This document shows positions 1 through 12,807 of a DNA stretch of 64,000 bases, in pieces. Both the position numbers and the translations under genes were made by a program. Source of the DNA: Leucoraja ocellata. Its lineage: Eukaryota. The stretch lies in NCBI GenBank assembly GCA_036785375.1, contig JAWMAR010000105.1, positions 6,448,001-6,512,000 of the forward strand. Reading direction: 5' to 3'. Within the stretch, counting starts at the first letter, position 1, and each line of letters opens with the position of its first letter. The notes under the pieces were generated by a model. It ran no database searches and was not told the origin of the DNA. It was given only the letters and a program-made list of their open reading frames with translations.

Positions 1-81
1 TCACGAACGCACCCTTTCCCCCCGTCCTCCGTAACCACTTTCTCTCATCATCCCTCGTTCTCTCTTTCTGTTTTCCTACAG

Positions 82-124
82 GGGCGGGCGAATCGGGGAA
101 AAGCACCATCGTTAAGCAAATGAA
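82..124 (+). CDS. GNAO1: Coding exon 2 (43 bp) of a Gi/o-family heterotrimeric G-protein alpha subunit, probably G(o) alpha
   Basis: Polypyrimidine tract and acceptor ttttcctacAG (AG at 80-81). Exon gg|gcg|ggc|gaa|tcg|ggg|aaa|agc|acc|atc|gtt|aag|caa|atg|aa = (G)AGESGKSTIVKQM(K), followed by donor GTAAGT at 125-130. The 43-bp size and phases match exon 2 of GNAI/GNAO/GNAT genes. The exon is secure. The GNAO1 call is inferred from the very long downstream intron, since intron 2 is short in mammalian GNAI and GNAT genes. Confidence 0.85.
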
Positions 125-1069
125 GTAAGTGGCTTCTGCTTTTATTTTGAGGGGGGCGATGATTTGATTTTATCATTCGAAATGGATTATAATATCGCGC
201 ACACATTGCCCTCTTCATATGTTCACGCCTTAGTTTTGAGTCGAGACTGTATCTCGAGGTTAGATGTGTATTAATGATAGAGACCGCCATATTTATGGTG
301 CTGTTATCCAGTCTCCTGTCTCCAATATATTGAAGGTTTTGGTGGAAGGACAGTGACTTTTATCAACATGTGCACTTTGGCCATTGGAGGGTCCAGGCTT
401 GTTTTTGCTGAGGATGGGCTGTTTATTTGTGTCCAGTGTCCTCAATTATTTGGGAAAGGGTGTGGATCCGGTGTATTTAACGTTGTAGCTGTGTTGGCAT
501 GGCTGGGTCTGCTCCAGTGAATGTGCGAGTATGCATCAAGACAGAGATTGGGGTTCGGTATCATCTACCGCTACCAATTAAGATGTAATACCAAGCTCTC
601 ATGTTTGTCAAGTATTTTTGCCACGTTTGACACTGGGCTGGAAGGCCAGCTCTCTGAGATTTATTAAAACAAATGTCTACATTGGATGCGAAATTAACCC
701 GACAGACGGCAACCTGGACATTTTATCGTCACGATCCATTGTGGTAATTAATCAGCCTGGTTGCACAGATTCCGATTCACAGTATTAATAAATGGGTGGA
801 ATTCGTGGAATTTCTGGTCAGTTTGGTCCCACCCTATCCAATACATTCATTTGAATCCTGATTTCTTCAGGCAATGTGGGATGGAGACGCTTTGAAAGGA
901 GGGGGGTGGTTTAATAAAAGAATGTGCTGAACATTTCTAACCAGTCTATTTTTGCTGTATAATAATGATCGAGGCCTGTCTGTAATTTTTATGGCTGGCC
1001 CGGGTTTGTGTATGGTGGAAGTGAATGTCCATGCCCACAAATCGCTAAAAGATAGTGGGTGGGTTGGGA

Positions 1070-1610
1070 CAGCAGTCCAAGGCATGTCTCATTTGTACAG
1101 AGCGCATCTGGAGTGTCATGTGCTGTTTTCTGGTCATTCCATCCTAGGAAGAGTGCAGTGCCTTGGATAATAAATGCAGCACAGATTCACTAGGATAATA
1201 TTGGAGCTTAAATTACGTCCTTGGCTTGTTCCCTTGATTTAAGAATGCTAAATGCCAATCTGTTAAATATTTTTTGATAGTTAGAAATGATAACTTCACC
1301 TCACACTGCCCCGCCCCAGACCAATTGAAACACAGGGTATATTAAAAACCAATAATAATCTTGGCATTTCAATATTGAAATCATAGAAAGCTTTCCCCAT
1401 GTAAAGGTAGTAGAAATCTGGACATTTCTTTTCCAGAAGTGTTATGATTGCTGAGACAATTGAATTGTTCAGGACCATGATTGATAGGATTTAATTTGGT
1501 ACGGTGTCAAGAAATGTCTTGGCGGTGATTGCATGGAGTTGATTAAAATAAAGCATGAGCTGATTGTACAGCAGAGCTGGCTCCAGGCTAGAATGGCTGC
1601 ATGTTTCTTC
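1070..1610 (+). mobile_element. Old, degraded CR1-type LINE 3' fragment
   Basis: Remnants such as catctggagtgtcatgtgctgttttctggtc (HLEYCVQFW-like) and a tail ...gaatggctgcatgtttcttcctgt resembling the younger CR1 copies here. Confidence 0.6.
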
Positions 1611-1650
1611 CTGTGACAATGCCTGCATATCTCTTTGTATATCAACGTGG

Positions 1651-1738
1651 AAGCTGGAGATGGTGCAACTCAGTGGGTCAGACAGCATCTTTGGAGAAAA
1701 GTTAATATGTGGCGTTTTGGATCGAGACCCTTCTTCAG
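1651..1738 (-). mobile_element. PLE terminal-repeat element with degenerate hammerhead core
   Basis: aactcagtgggtcagacagcatctttggagaaaag...gcgttttggatcgagacccttcttcag is homologous to the family at 22907-23125. Confidence 0.75.
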
Positions 1739-2489
1739 TGAAAGCTGGGTTCATATCTGGGTGATGAAGTTTGAGTCTTACGTGCTTCTTCTTGGAAGAA
1801 CAAGCAGATAAGGTTGAAGATGCTGTTTCTGGGACTCATGTCGGTGTTGCAGCCTAAATTAGTTTGGTTTGTGGATTGTTTTACACTGGGTTGGTACAGG
1901 TCAGAGACACCTAGTATGGTCAAGGTCTACTTTCTGAACCATGCCTTCCAGGCATTGGTTCTTTTTGTACACATTAGCAGGGGTCTACTACTACTGCTAC
2001 TACTATGTCAATGTTCTATATCTCCAAACTGCCTCAACTAAAATCTCACCCATATTCATGTTACTTCTGGACAATATCAAAAATCGACCCTTTATATCCA
2101 AACTAGTGCCAAGTTCTGTGTTTCCCAAACCCCTACAAACCAGATTACCCCCCCCCCCCCCCCCCCTTAACTCCAGTCACCTGGTAAAATCCCACCCTTG
2201 CATTTAGATCTTTCCATAGCTCCATCAGTTTACATTCTCCACCCTGCAAGGCACAGACAAATATGCATCTCTGGTTCTAGCTTTCTGGTTGTCTTTGCTT
2301 CGCCACAAGAAGCCAGTCATGAATTTATGTCTTCTACCCACCCTTAAGCACCCGGCCTCTCCACCCCTCCTCCTGAAAAGCGCTTCTTCTAGTCCTCTCA
2401 CCACAACCAGGCATTTGATTATATGTCCAATGTCTTCTGTCAAGCATTTTTGGAGATATTTTATCCCGTTTTCCGTGGGCTGTTTTGTG

Positions 2490-3200
2490 GCGTTTGATGC
2501 CGGTGTCCGTGCCATCACCGTCCACGTTTGATTTGTTGGGCTCTTGGCTCCATGTGTTATGACGGGCCCTGTGTGTGCTGAGCTGGGTCAGTGCGCGCAA
2601 GGGGTGCGTTTCACCGCCGCTCAGTTCTGCGTGGGACCAGAATTTAGCCCGGACTGTGCTCTCTGATCGGCCGGGATGAAAGGTGATAAACCCTGTCCTG
2701 TCGCTCCTGACCAAGAGCTCCATTCAGGGACTGTCCCGGCCCCCTGGATGGGGTTTTTAAGCTTGGAGCCAGACCAGTGGCAGGTTGGAGCCGGGGACCG
2801 AAGGGCGAGAGGCGGCGTGAGCTTGTGGAGACCGGTGGCGGCCGAGCGACTTTCAGCCGCTTTCGTTGGTGGACAGCGCCCAGGCAGATACGCCGAGCGG
2901 CTTCGGCAGCGCTCGGGCGAAGTCGGCGCCGCGGGAGGGAAGGAGAAGGCGGGGAGAAAGGCGGGGCTGAGCGGCCACGCAGCGGGCGGAGCTGCTCGAA
3001 TCCCCGCGGGTGCTCCGAGCCTGGCGTGCACTGGGTTAAAAGCCCGCAGCTCACCGTGCTGGCTCTGGGGAACGCTGTTAACAGCAGGAAGAGTGGCGAG
3101 GTGTGGTGCGGACATCAGCAGAGAGAACCATTCTTGTTTTCCTCACGACAATCCTGCCGAAATTGTCCCAATCTCCGCGCCGCCAAACAGCACAGAACAC
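2490..3200. promoter_or_regulatory. Intronic CpG island with GC boxes
   Basis: Abrupt GC- and CpG-rich, non-repetitive segment in a CpG-depleted background. GGCGGGG boxes near 2948 and 2960, GGGCGGA near 2984. Confidence 0.8.
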
Positions 3201-6200
3201 CCCGAGGCAATTAGGGAGTTGCACCTTTTCTTGTTGCCCCAGCCCTTGGCATGAGTGAGCTATGTACCACACAGGCATGAAGCATTGCCTACCAATGATA
3301 CAGTATCTTGCTGCCTACCGTTACAGAAAGGGTGCTGGATGCAAGGCTGTAACATGTTCACTTACACAGCACGCCTGTCGCTAAGACTGGTGTCACCAGT
3401 GAAATAAAACGAAGCTACTCTGCAGTTCAGAATTGAAATATATTTTACCGTGTGTGTAACCAGATCTTGCCACACGGTTGGAACCCGGCTATGCGTGTTC
3501 TGAGTTTGATATGATGTGGTCTTTGCAGTGTTTCAACCGATTTGAGGTCGAGTGTTGACTGACCCGTGGAAATTGTACAGAAGTTGAAGTCCATGCAAAT
3601 GATGCAAATACAATCACTTATCTCTCACAATAAATAATTTTCAAATATATTTACATTTTTTAAGTATTGCAGTACTGACCAATTGACACTACTGGCAATG
3701 GCACCAAACCTAATTGTTGTAGGTGGATTCTGGACCAGTTTGGTTTTAAAGGAAAGAGATGTCGAATGAAAAACATTGTCAGCATCTGAGAGTTTAATAG
3801 CTATGAAGGAAAATAACATTATTATTAATCATTTGTGAATTATGGAGAGAGATAATGAATACAAAATATTGAATTATTCACATATCTTTAGTTGGGCACG
3901 GAATGAGGGCAGGGACAAACAGTGGATACAGTCTCTTCGAAACTTTCCACTGACATACTCTGTATGATGTGAACAACAACATTTAGACATTTGAGATGCC
4001 CCTGGTGATATTATGCAAGAAACGCAAATGTTCAATGGATTTCTGAGCACGGTTGCTTATTTGCATTGTGATGTACCTAGGGACATATCGAGCTATTGGC
4101 AGATATGTGCCATAAACAATATTTGAGTCACAGCTGGTGGCAAATTGGCTTTGGACAATTAGGTAATTCATAGTACAGACCAACATCTGAACATGCAATG
4201 TCACTGGGTGGAAGTTCGTGTTTATTAAATAGTTCTGCTTGGATTGATTAAGCGAAAGATTGAGAAAGTTGTTCTAAAATTGTTCATTGCTGGAATTCAC
4301 AATTGAGCTGCACACAATTCCAAAAGCCCTTTCCATCTTGGAGAACATTCAGAAATGTTAATCGATGTATGATACTTTGGTTGAAAGCATAATCATTTTT
4401 GGATACATCACAGAAACAGTCACGTATAACGAGTGTTAGAGCACCAAGTCTTGCCACAAGATGATCTGCAATAATGTGCAGAAAACTCACATTGAATCAA
4501 ATTTATTTTGTTTTGGTTTTATTTTAGAACTCCCAATAGTACCACTGTTAGGTCCCTGATCTTTGCAATTCAAGATGATTAAATACCGTTATAATGAACT
4601 TTTTGCACCTGATCCTGTGTAATCAGTTATTGTGGAGGGTGACAAGTGGGGCGAGGGGGTCCAAAAATAGCCTCTACCCACTGCTTAAATAACTAAGTCC
4701 AAAATAAATCTTTACATTGCATGGAATGTCACAATTCTATTTGCAATTAACTGGAAGTGTATTGTTGAGTAAAATTGAACTTCTTTGGGTTCTTAGTGGG
4801 AGAGTCTTTATATACCGGCAGAAATATTTTCGCATTTCGCAGCTAACAAAATGACTGTGTCATAGAGCAGCTGCTAAAGTCCAATTGTGTTCATTTGAAA
4901 TGGCACGTAATCCATTTAATGTTTAGGTCGTAGCTCCTACAGCCCATGTACTGCTCGTGAAATGCTGTAAAGTATAACACCTTGATGGCAGGTATTTTTC
5001 ATATCATTCACTCATTACTGACATAATTACATTTTGTATCCATCATAAACAGCGATTTATGAAGTTTGTGAAGTCATTTGGTCAGCTGCTGCTGACCTCC
5101 ACTCCTCCCCGTACCTACCCACATCTTGTTTTTAAACAAAGATACAATAAAAGGAATTGGGAGCTTCCAAGTGCTTAAATGGTTTCATGTAGAATATTAA
5201 GGAATCCCAAGCCGCTCAGCTGAAACTCATTAATGGTGTAATATTTTTCAGTGCATAATTGGTGAATGCACACTAAGAAAAAGTGCGAGTTGCACAAGAG
5301 AATTGGGGTTTGGAATATTCTCTTCAAAGCTTGAAACTTTCCAACTAAATTAATTTTTCCCACCTTGAAATTTTACCAATTATTAAAACTTCTAAGAATT
5401 TCAGGAATATTTTTATTCATAGACGAAGGAGATTTAGAGATCACCGTGTTTTAACATAAAAAGTGTCAAGATTCGGAATCCTATACAGTGAAACAAAAAA
5501 AAATAACACTTTAATTTCTGGTTTTCCCAGGACTGAGTCATGTGGTTAAACGTTAAATTGTTTAGGATGAGAGCTATTTGTTTGTTGACGGGACAGAGCA
5601 TTACTAAATAAACTTACAATTCTGTACCTGGGGATGGTGTTAGATTACAGAGAAACCTAAAAGGGGATACCTGAAAAAAAGGTCTATAGATCTCTTGCAA
5701 TGTGCTTATTAGTTGGTGCAAGTTCACAACACAGATTATCCACCGTTTTTATTCATTTGTAATTGTAATAAAGGATATGGATGGCTAAGTAAAAAAACGT
5801 ACATCTCAATATTGGTGCAATGACTTTCTTTTCAAGGATGAACCTAAGGCTAATTGAAACAATAGTCAGGGAGTGATTTTCTTTAGGAGCTTAATGGGGC
5901 AATGTGGATAAAGCTTTATTTTTGTATCTTCTCACTGAGATATCCACGAGGGATTGATAAATTGGTTTCTCGGGCTGGGAAGTCTACATTTTGGGGGAAT
6001 GTTTTCACAATAAGGAGTGAGATGAGGAAGCATTTCTTTAAAATGAAGGGTTGCATATATTTGAAAATCTCTACTTCAGGGGGCCACTGATGCTTAGTCA
6101 TAGCACCATGTTTCTTTAGTGCTATTGGAGATGCTTTGTTCCAGTCAAGTAGAGAGTTTTCCGTCGCAATCCTGGTTTGTGCTGTGGAAATGGAATAATT

Positions 6201-6559
6201 ACTTTGGGCAAGGACGACGACCATCCTGGAAGTGGTGATGTGCAGTAGGGGGCAAAAGGTGGAGACACATGCATTGCAATTTAGAAAAATTGGATTAGAA
6301 GCATACAAAGTAAATTCCACATAGAATGATGGTCCAGAGGGGCATCGGAAAGTGAAAGTGCAGTTGAATATGAAGCCTTAGTCTATCTTTACTCCCACTT
6401 CAACAGTTATGGCGGTGTGTTCAACAGCAGACAGCCATTTTTCTTCCAGCTTTCTATCTCTATTAAATCATTTTTTTCTTAGCCTTAGCCTGTTTTCCTT
6501 CTTGCCAAAACCCCGATTTTTTGATTGGATTTCTGTGAAGTCCTTCACTTGTTTAGTTT

Positions 6560-7560
6560 TCCTGCAATAAAGGTACAAAATAAGTTGTTGTCGAGAAAGG
6601 GTAGTCCACATTTATCACAAACACAGGAACTCTCATGTGCCTCAAGCATAGAAGGATATGGACCTGGTGCAGAAAATTAAATTTGTGTCCATTGGCAAAT
6701 AGGTTGCATGGATATAATGGCCAGAATGATCTGCTTCTGTGGTGTACTTTGCCTTTATAGTTTTTGTGGACAGAAGTTGACCTGTCATAATTATGCCTGG
6801 GAAAATTATGGGACTTTAATGTGAAGCTGGATGATATGAGTGCTTTTCGTGGACCTTGGAGAGGAAGAGCATATGATGAGCGGTTGACAACTCTCGGCCT
6901 GTACTCACTGGAGTTTAGAAGGATAAGGGGGGCCGCATTGAAACATAGTGAAAAGTCTGGATAGAGTGGATATGGAGAGGAAGTTTCCACTAATTTAGTT
7001 TGGTTTAGAGATATAGTGCGGAAACAGGCCTTTCTTCTCACCGAGTCAGCCCTGACCAGCGATTTCCAAACGGTAACACTATCCTACACACGGGATCATT
7101 TCCAACTTTTACTAAAGCCAATTAGCCTAGAAACCTGGAAGTCTTTGGAGTATGGGAGGAAACCGGAGCACCCGGAGAAAACCCACGCAGTCACAGGGAG
7201 AATGTACAAATTCTGTGGAGACGGCACCCAGAGTCAATGTCGAACCCACTGTAAGACAGCAACTGTAAGACAGCAACTCTACCACTAAGCCACTGTGCAG
7301 CCCTTTTTTTTTACTCGTGGGAGAGTCCAGGACCAAACTGCACAGGCTCAAAATAAAAGGACGTACCTTTGGAAGCAGGATGAGGAGGAACTTCTTTAGT
7401 CACAGTGTGGTGAAACAGGTTCATGATTAGTAAAGGCATTGAAGGTTTTGGGGAGCAGGCAAGGGACTGGGGTTAAGAGGTAGATCAGCCATGATTGAAT
7501 GATGGAGTGGACTCAATGGGCCAAATGGCCCAATTCTTCTCCTATGACATGAACTTATGA
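6560..7560 (+). mobile_element. CR1 LINE 3' fragment interrupted by a SINE
   Basis: YDERL..LGLYSLEFRRIRG-like remnant at ~6871-6930. The sequence resumes after the SINE (gtgggagagtccaggacc, ~7317) and ends in a CR1 tail at ~7550. Confidence 0.75.
6994..7303 (-). mobile_element. HE1-like tRNA-derived V-SINE
   Basis: Reverse complement of the family consensus: tttagtttggtttagag tail, ggaggaaaccggagcacccggagaaaacccacg core, tRNA-like head. Confidence 0.9.
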
Positions 7561-9439
7561 AGGATGGATAGAATTGGAATTACAGACAGGCATTTATAGT
7601 GCATGAGAAAGAGAAGCAAAGGGAACATCAACTCACAATGGGGGAAGAAAGGAGAGTCGAATGATGAGAGAATTCGTGGAAAAGTAGATAGAGATTACAA
7701 ATGATAGAAGCTGAGGGGTGAATAGATGATTATACTGCAAGGGGAGACTTGTGGAGGAGAGGTACAGTAAAACTCTAATACAAGGGACCTCTGCATTATA
7801 GGAGGAACTGTATTCATAGTATTGGTCCATTTAACAAATTTCCATAAGGCAAAGTTGTGTCATCTACAAATGCGTCAGGAGCACAAGATGAAAAAATGCA
7901 TTTTAATTTCAATCATTTATTTTTTCTCACATGGATACTGTAAGGATGATTTTCACTTGCACGAACAGTGGTAACGTGGAGGTCACCTATAATTTGGTAT
8001 CCAGTTGCTCAGATTTCCTGATGATTTGACTCGCATATCAGACCAAAGTGTGATCTTGTGGTTGGGAACGCGAGCGTGCTGTGTACCTGGGTCTGGGTCT
8101 TTTGACTTTTGACTGGAACCAGAAATGGGTCTGGAATATGAGAGGTCGGGAACATTTGTTGGTTTATGGTCAGAACCAGGATCTGGAGTGTTTGTATATA
8201 TGCTGCTTCCTTTAAACTCATTGCATTCACTGGAAAATGTATTGTACTGATATGGAATATAAAAAGAGAGTGAAATGGAAATCTATATTGGTATTAATAG
8301 AATTTAATATCCAATAGTCTGATAAAACAGTCAAGTCAAAGAGGTGCCAGATTCTCATAATTTTACTGTAAATTGTAGCAGTAACTACATAGATGGTTCT
8401 AAGTTTGAAAAAGTGAAAGGCGATGAGACCAAGACACTCCACCTCACCCTCACCACCCCTTGTCTGCGTATTCCTTTACACATTTTGGGAACTGAGCAAA
8501 TGTTGTAATCAAATAAAACCCAGTATATTTACATGTCATCTCTCTCTATGATGATGAAACATCTGAACAGGTACCCTAATAATAGATTGAGGTTACAAAA
8601 CAACAAAAATACAGAGAATTCTTAGAGTACACAACTTATAATTGTTCTGCTATTTTTATTTCATATCTTGTGCCTGGTTGAATTGATTTGACCACATTCA
8701 TTTCACATGGGAAGAAAATCATAAAGCCTATTTAATTGAATGTCCAGTTGTAAATTCTATCCCAAATGAGTTATTTGTTTCAAAATGTAGGGAGAGGATC
8801 ACCTCTGGTGTTTCAAACTATGATATACGAAATCTGTCAGAACAAAAATCTGGAATTTGCATTGCCACATAATTCTCTGCTATGCAAGATACCCCATCTC
8901 CCTCTGAATTGAGTGCTGTCCCAGTTAGCCTCTCCTTTGGAACCAGGTTTTAACATAATTTTCCATACTTTTCAAATTCCAAACAGCTGCTCTTCCTTTT
9001 AAAAGAAACTTAATAATTTAATCTGTAAACCAATGCAAAGGAACTGGAAGTTTGTCAGTGATCGCCTCAGTGGGGTCATGTAACCTCATGTTTTGATTTG
9101 ATAACATAACTGGACAAATAGACTACAATATGATAGTCTATTAGCTGATTGTGGTATTTAGAAGTATTGATTAAATTATATTCCATAGAAACTGATATAT
9201 TACTGTAACTGCTTGTTTTAGACTGTTCTAAAGACCAATCTACCTGCACCCCTCCCTTTGGCCTCTTACATTGGCATTGACTATTCCATTTTTTTCCAAA
9301 CAAAGGAATTTTTTTCCTTTTGAAGTTGCAATACACTGCCCACTGAGAACCCACACAAACATTATTGTTAAACCAGCTGACAAGGGTGCTGCTATTATTT
9401 TGTTGAACTGACTTCTGCCTCAGCGAGGTTGAAAGCCAG

Positions 9440-10760
9440 ATCTCAGACATTCCCTCGTGCCTCCCTCTGGACCATGTCAGGACATTGTCTCTTAATCACT
9501 GCCCACATTTCCTCACATATCATCTCTCCATAGCTTCCAGCATCATAGTCTCCCAACGCCGCGCAACCTGCTTCTACCTTTCTCCCTATAGCCCACAAGT
9601 AGGAGTAACCTTGGAGTCATAATTTCTTCTCTGGTGGAACCTATTTCCATTTGTGACATTTCTGATGACCTCTGCCTCGTTGAGTTTCCAGTATCCTGGT
9701 CCCAACAGGCTCATTTTCACCATGGGCATCCCATCCCTGAACACCTCCACTTTATTGCAGAACAAAGACCCTGACCAAACCCCCTCACCATCACACTGCT
9801 TCATGTGGCTGCTCATTCTCACACTAAACAACTGCTCCATTTTTTTAAACTGCAAGTCAAGGGTGCAGATATGAAATCCTGCAGAGGCCAATATGTCTGT
9901 ATTGTTGTGGGAGGCTTTGGAAACTTCTTGGTTCAGACTGATTTGGCCTCCTCCCTCTCTTCTTTCCCACCACTTTTTTTGATTGTTTTGGTGATGCTTG
10001 GCAACCTTGTACAGAATTTAAACACATTGTTGCTGCCAGTTTCACCCCACTCTCATTTTGATATGATTTTCCTCTACTCTTTCTCAATTTATTTCCTCAA
10101 TCTCAGCAGACAGGTTAGCAATCAATATCCATCACAGACTCCCACAGCTGTCCTGGACACACCTTCTCCCATTCTACAAGCATTCCATTCTCCCAGTTCC
10201 TCTGGCTCCATTGCACATGTATGGATAAGGCAACATTTTTTAACCATGCCTTTTTCATCTTTCATTGTTGACAGGACTTCAACTGCATCTAATTCATTTC
10301 TTGCTGTTTTGCACTAACCTACTCCACCCCCCCCCCCTCCCACTGTAAGGATAAGGTTCCCCTGAAATTTGCCTTCCATTCCACCAACTTCCACTTCCTC
10401 TGTAATTTCCACCACCTTCTACATGATGCCACCACCAGGCACAACTTTTCCTCGTCTCTTATCTCAATGTTCGAACTGGCTCCTTGGTTCTGCTTTAACA
10501 ACCTCAGAAGTTCTAACTGCAGTTTCCCATGAAACAGTAGGAGATGCAACACCTTCCCTTTTGCCATTTTCTTTGCTCTGTCCAGGGAGTCCTGAAACAT
10601 CTTCCCTGTGAATCAGTGATTTCCACTCCAGTGAACTTCATCTGGAACTTGCAAAATGGTCTCTTCTATATCGGAGAGAAATCTAATGCAGATTGGGTCA
10701 ACACTTTTCAAAGAACTCCCCTTCAGTCTGCAAGAGGGTTCCTCAGCTTTCAGATGCCTG
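9440..10760 (+). mobile_element. Decayed Penelope-like retroelement (RT plus GIY-YIG remnants)
   Basis: Frame-shifted peptides appear in PLE order: FYLSP (FYLLPK-like), QYPGPNRLIFTMGIPSLNTS (FTMDVxSLYTS-like), LILTLNNCS, LQVKGADM (QxxGxAMG-like), DKVPLKFAFHST, GLFYIGEK (YIG). Confidence 0.8.
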
Positions 10761-11324
10761 TTTCTGAGTGGAATATTTTTAGGTCAGTCAACTGCACTAA
10801 CCAGCCTGTTGTGAGACGAGATCGAGGATTGATGTGAAATCTCGCTTTAAGAATGCCTAATGTGACCTGTAAAAATGATGTGTTGTCATAGAAAGACTCT
10901 TTGACTGCAGTTAGCATTAATTAGTGGGGCAGAACTGGGTGCTCTACATTTCATCCTATTCATACCATGGCTGATTTGGGAGCACTTAGGACAGCAATGC
11001 AAGGTTTATTCCTCGGGCCTGCCGTCTATCATCTCTTGAGCAGAGAAATAAACATGAAATTTGAGAGGATTTGATTGGGTGACTAGCGTAAACCTGTTTA
11101 TGCAAGATAACTCGGGTTTGGACATTCTTCACAAGTCCGCCTTGTTTCCACCACTGGCATTGATCCATCTTGTGGAGGTATTGATTGAAGTTTGGCCAAT
11201 CCCCATAAGAAATAGTTCGAATGTGAAAGCATTACTGTGCCACATTGTGTGGTTGGCAAAAGTTGAAACTTTTATCAACTGAAAACGCTGTTGGTTCCGT
11301 TGATACATGTCAGTGGTATCATCT

Positions 11325-11545
11325 CGCTGAGGCGGTGAATCTGTGGAATCCCAGACGGTTGTGGAGGCAAGGCCATTGGAAGTATTTAAGAGGAAGTCGA
11401 TAATTTTTTGTAAGTTTGGGGAATAGAGAGCAATGTGGAAATGGCTTAGAAGAGGAGATAGGACTAGGGCAGGTCAGCTGTGGTTGAACTAACTTGAGGG
11501 GCCGAGTGACCGACCCCAGCATCTATTTTCCTATATCCTTATGTT
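11325..11545 (+). mobile_element. CR1 LINE 3' tail
   Basis: gaggcggtgaatctgtggaatc...gtggaggcaaggccattgg...tttaag, matching the 3' end of other CR1 copies. Confidence 0.7.
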
Positions 11546-12189
11546 CACAGAAATAAAAGGATTTTTGTGGATGTGACCCATTTTTGGACCCATTTGCTTT
11601 TAATTGTGAGAAATTCTATGTACCAACCTTTTTAAAAATAAATGTTGTTAGTGTGGCCAGGTTTATTGGAATATTTAAGCGATCCTTGTTTCTGATTGCC
11701 AAACCTGGTTTGTGAGAGCTCCACCTAATATTGACCTTGCTGACTCTAAAGTAATTGATGGTGATTTTAATTACACCGGAAAGAATAAGCCAGTATCAGT
11801 GTGGAATCAGTACCCAGTGAAGCAGGTCATGTATGACTGGCACTAACTACTCTCTCATCGGCTCTGCTGCAGTAACTTTGGCAGAAGTACAGCAGGGTTG
11901 GCTGTGGAAGCGTACTGGTTTTTGAAGCTGTGGGTTTATGTCACTGGTAACATCAAGTGGTCCCTCTTGTTCCTTAATTTTCCATTTGCTTTGTTGATCG
12001 CTGCATCGGCTGGGGCAGAGACAAATAGGCAGAGACATTGTGTGTCTGTTGTAGATTAATGTTAAGAAGTTAATGTTTTCATAAGACAGGAGCATTTTGT
12101 GGAATAGATTATGTAAGACCATAAGACATATGAGCAGAATTTCAATTCCATAACTCGCTAAAGGTGGTAGCGCAGGAAGATAGGGTGGT

Positions 12190-12805
12190 AAGGTGTGCTT
12201 GCCTTCATTGCTAGGGGTATTGAATATAAACATCAAGAAGTCTTGATGCAGCTCTATGGGACTTGGAGTATTGAGTGCAGTTCTGGTTGTCCCAATACAG
12301 GAAACATGTGGAAGCTCTGGAGATGGTGCTGAGGAGATTTATCAGCATGCTGCCTGGATTAGAGGGATTCAGCTATAGGGAGAGGTTGGATAGACTTGGA
12401 TTATTTCCTCTGGAACGTAAGAGATTGAGGGAGACTTGTATATATTTGTATATAAAAAATTATGGGAGGCGTAGATAGGACAGGCAGCCAAAGCCTATTT
12501 TCCCCAGGGTGGAAATTGCCGACACCACAGAGAATAGCTACAAGGCGAGAGGGGGGAAATGGAATAGAGATGTGTGGGGCAAGTTTTTTACACAGAAGGT
12601 GGTAGGGCATGGAACACATGGCCACAGATGGTAGCGAAGGCAGATACAATAGTGGCATTTAAGAAGCTTTTACATAGGCACATGGATTTACAGCGAATGG
12701 AAAGATATGGATCACTTGCAGGCAGATGAGATCAGTTCAGCTAGGCATCATGTTAGGCACAAACGTTGTTGCCTGAAAGGCCATCTCCTATGCTGTACTA
12801 TGTTC
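12190..12805 (+). mobile_element. CR1 LINE 3' fragment
   Basis: ORF 12275-12478 QFWLSQYRKHVEALEMVLRRFISMLPGLEGFSYRERLDRLGLFPLE is a typical CR1 ORF2 C-terminus; tail ends ...gctgtactatgttct. Confidence 0.9.
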
Positions 12806-12807
12806 TA

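Noticed and set aside
2334-3254. Overlapping 129-192 aa ORFs on both strands
   Set aside because: Ala/Arg/Gly/Pro-rich, no recognisable domain, and expected from stop-codon scarcity in a CpG island.
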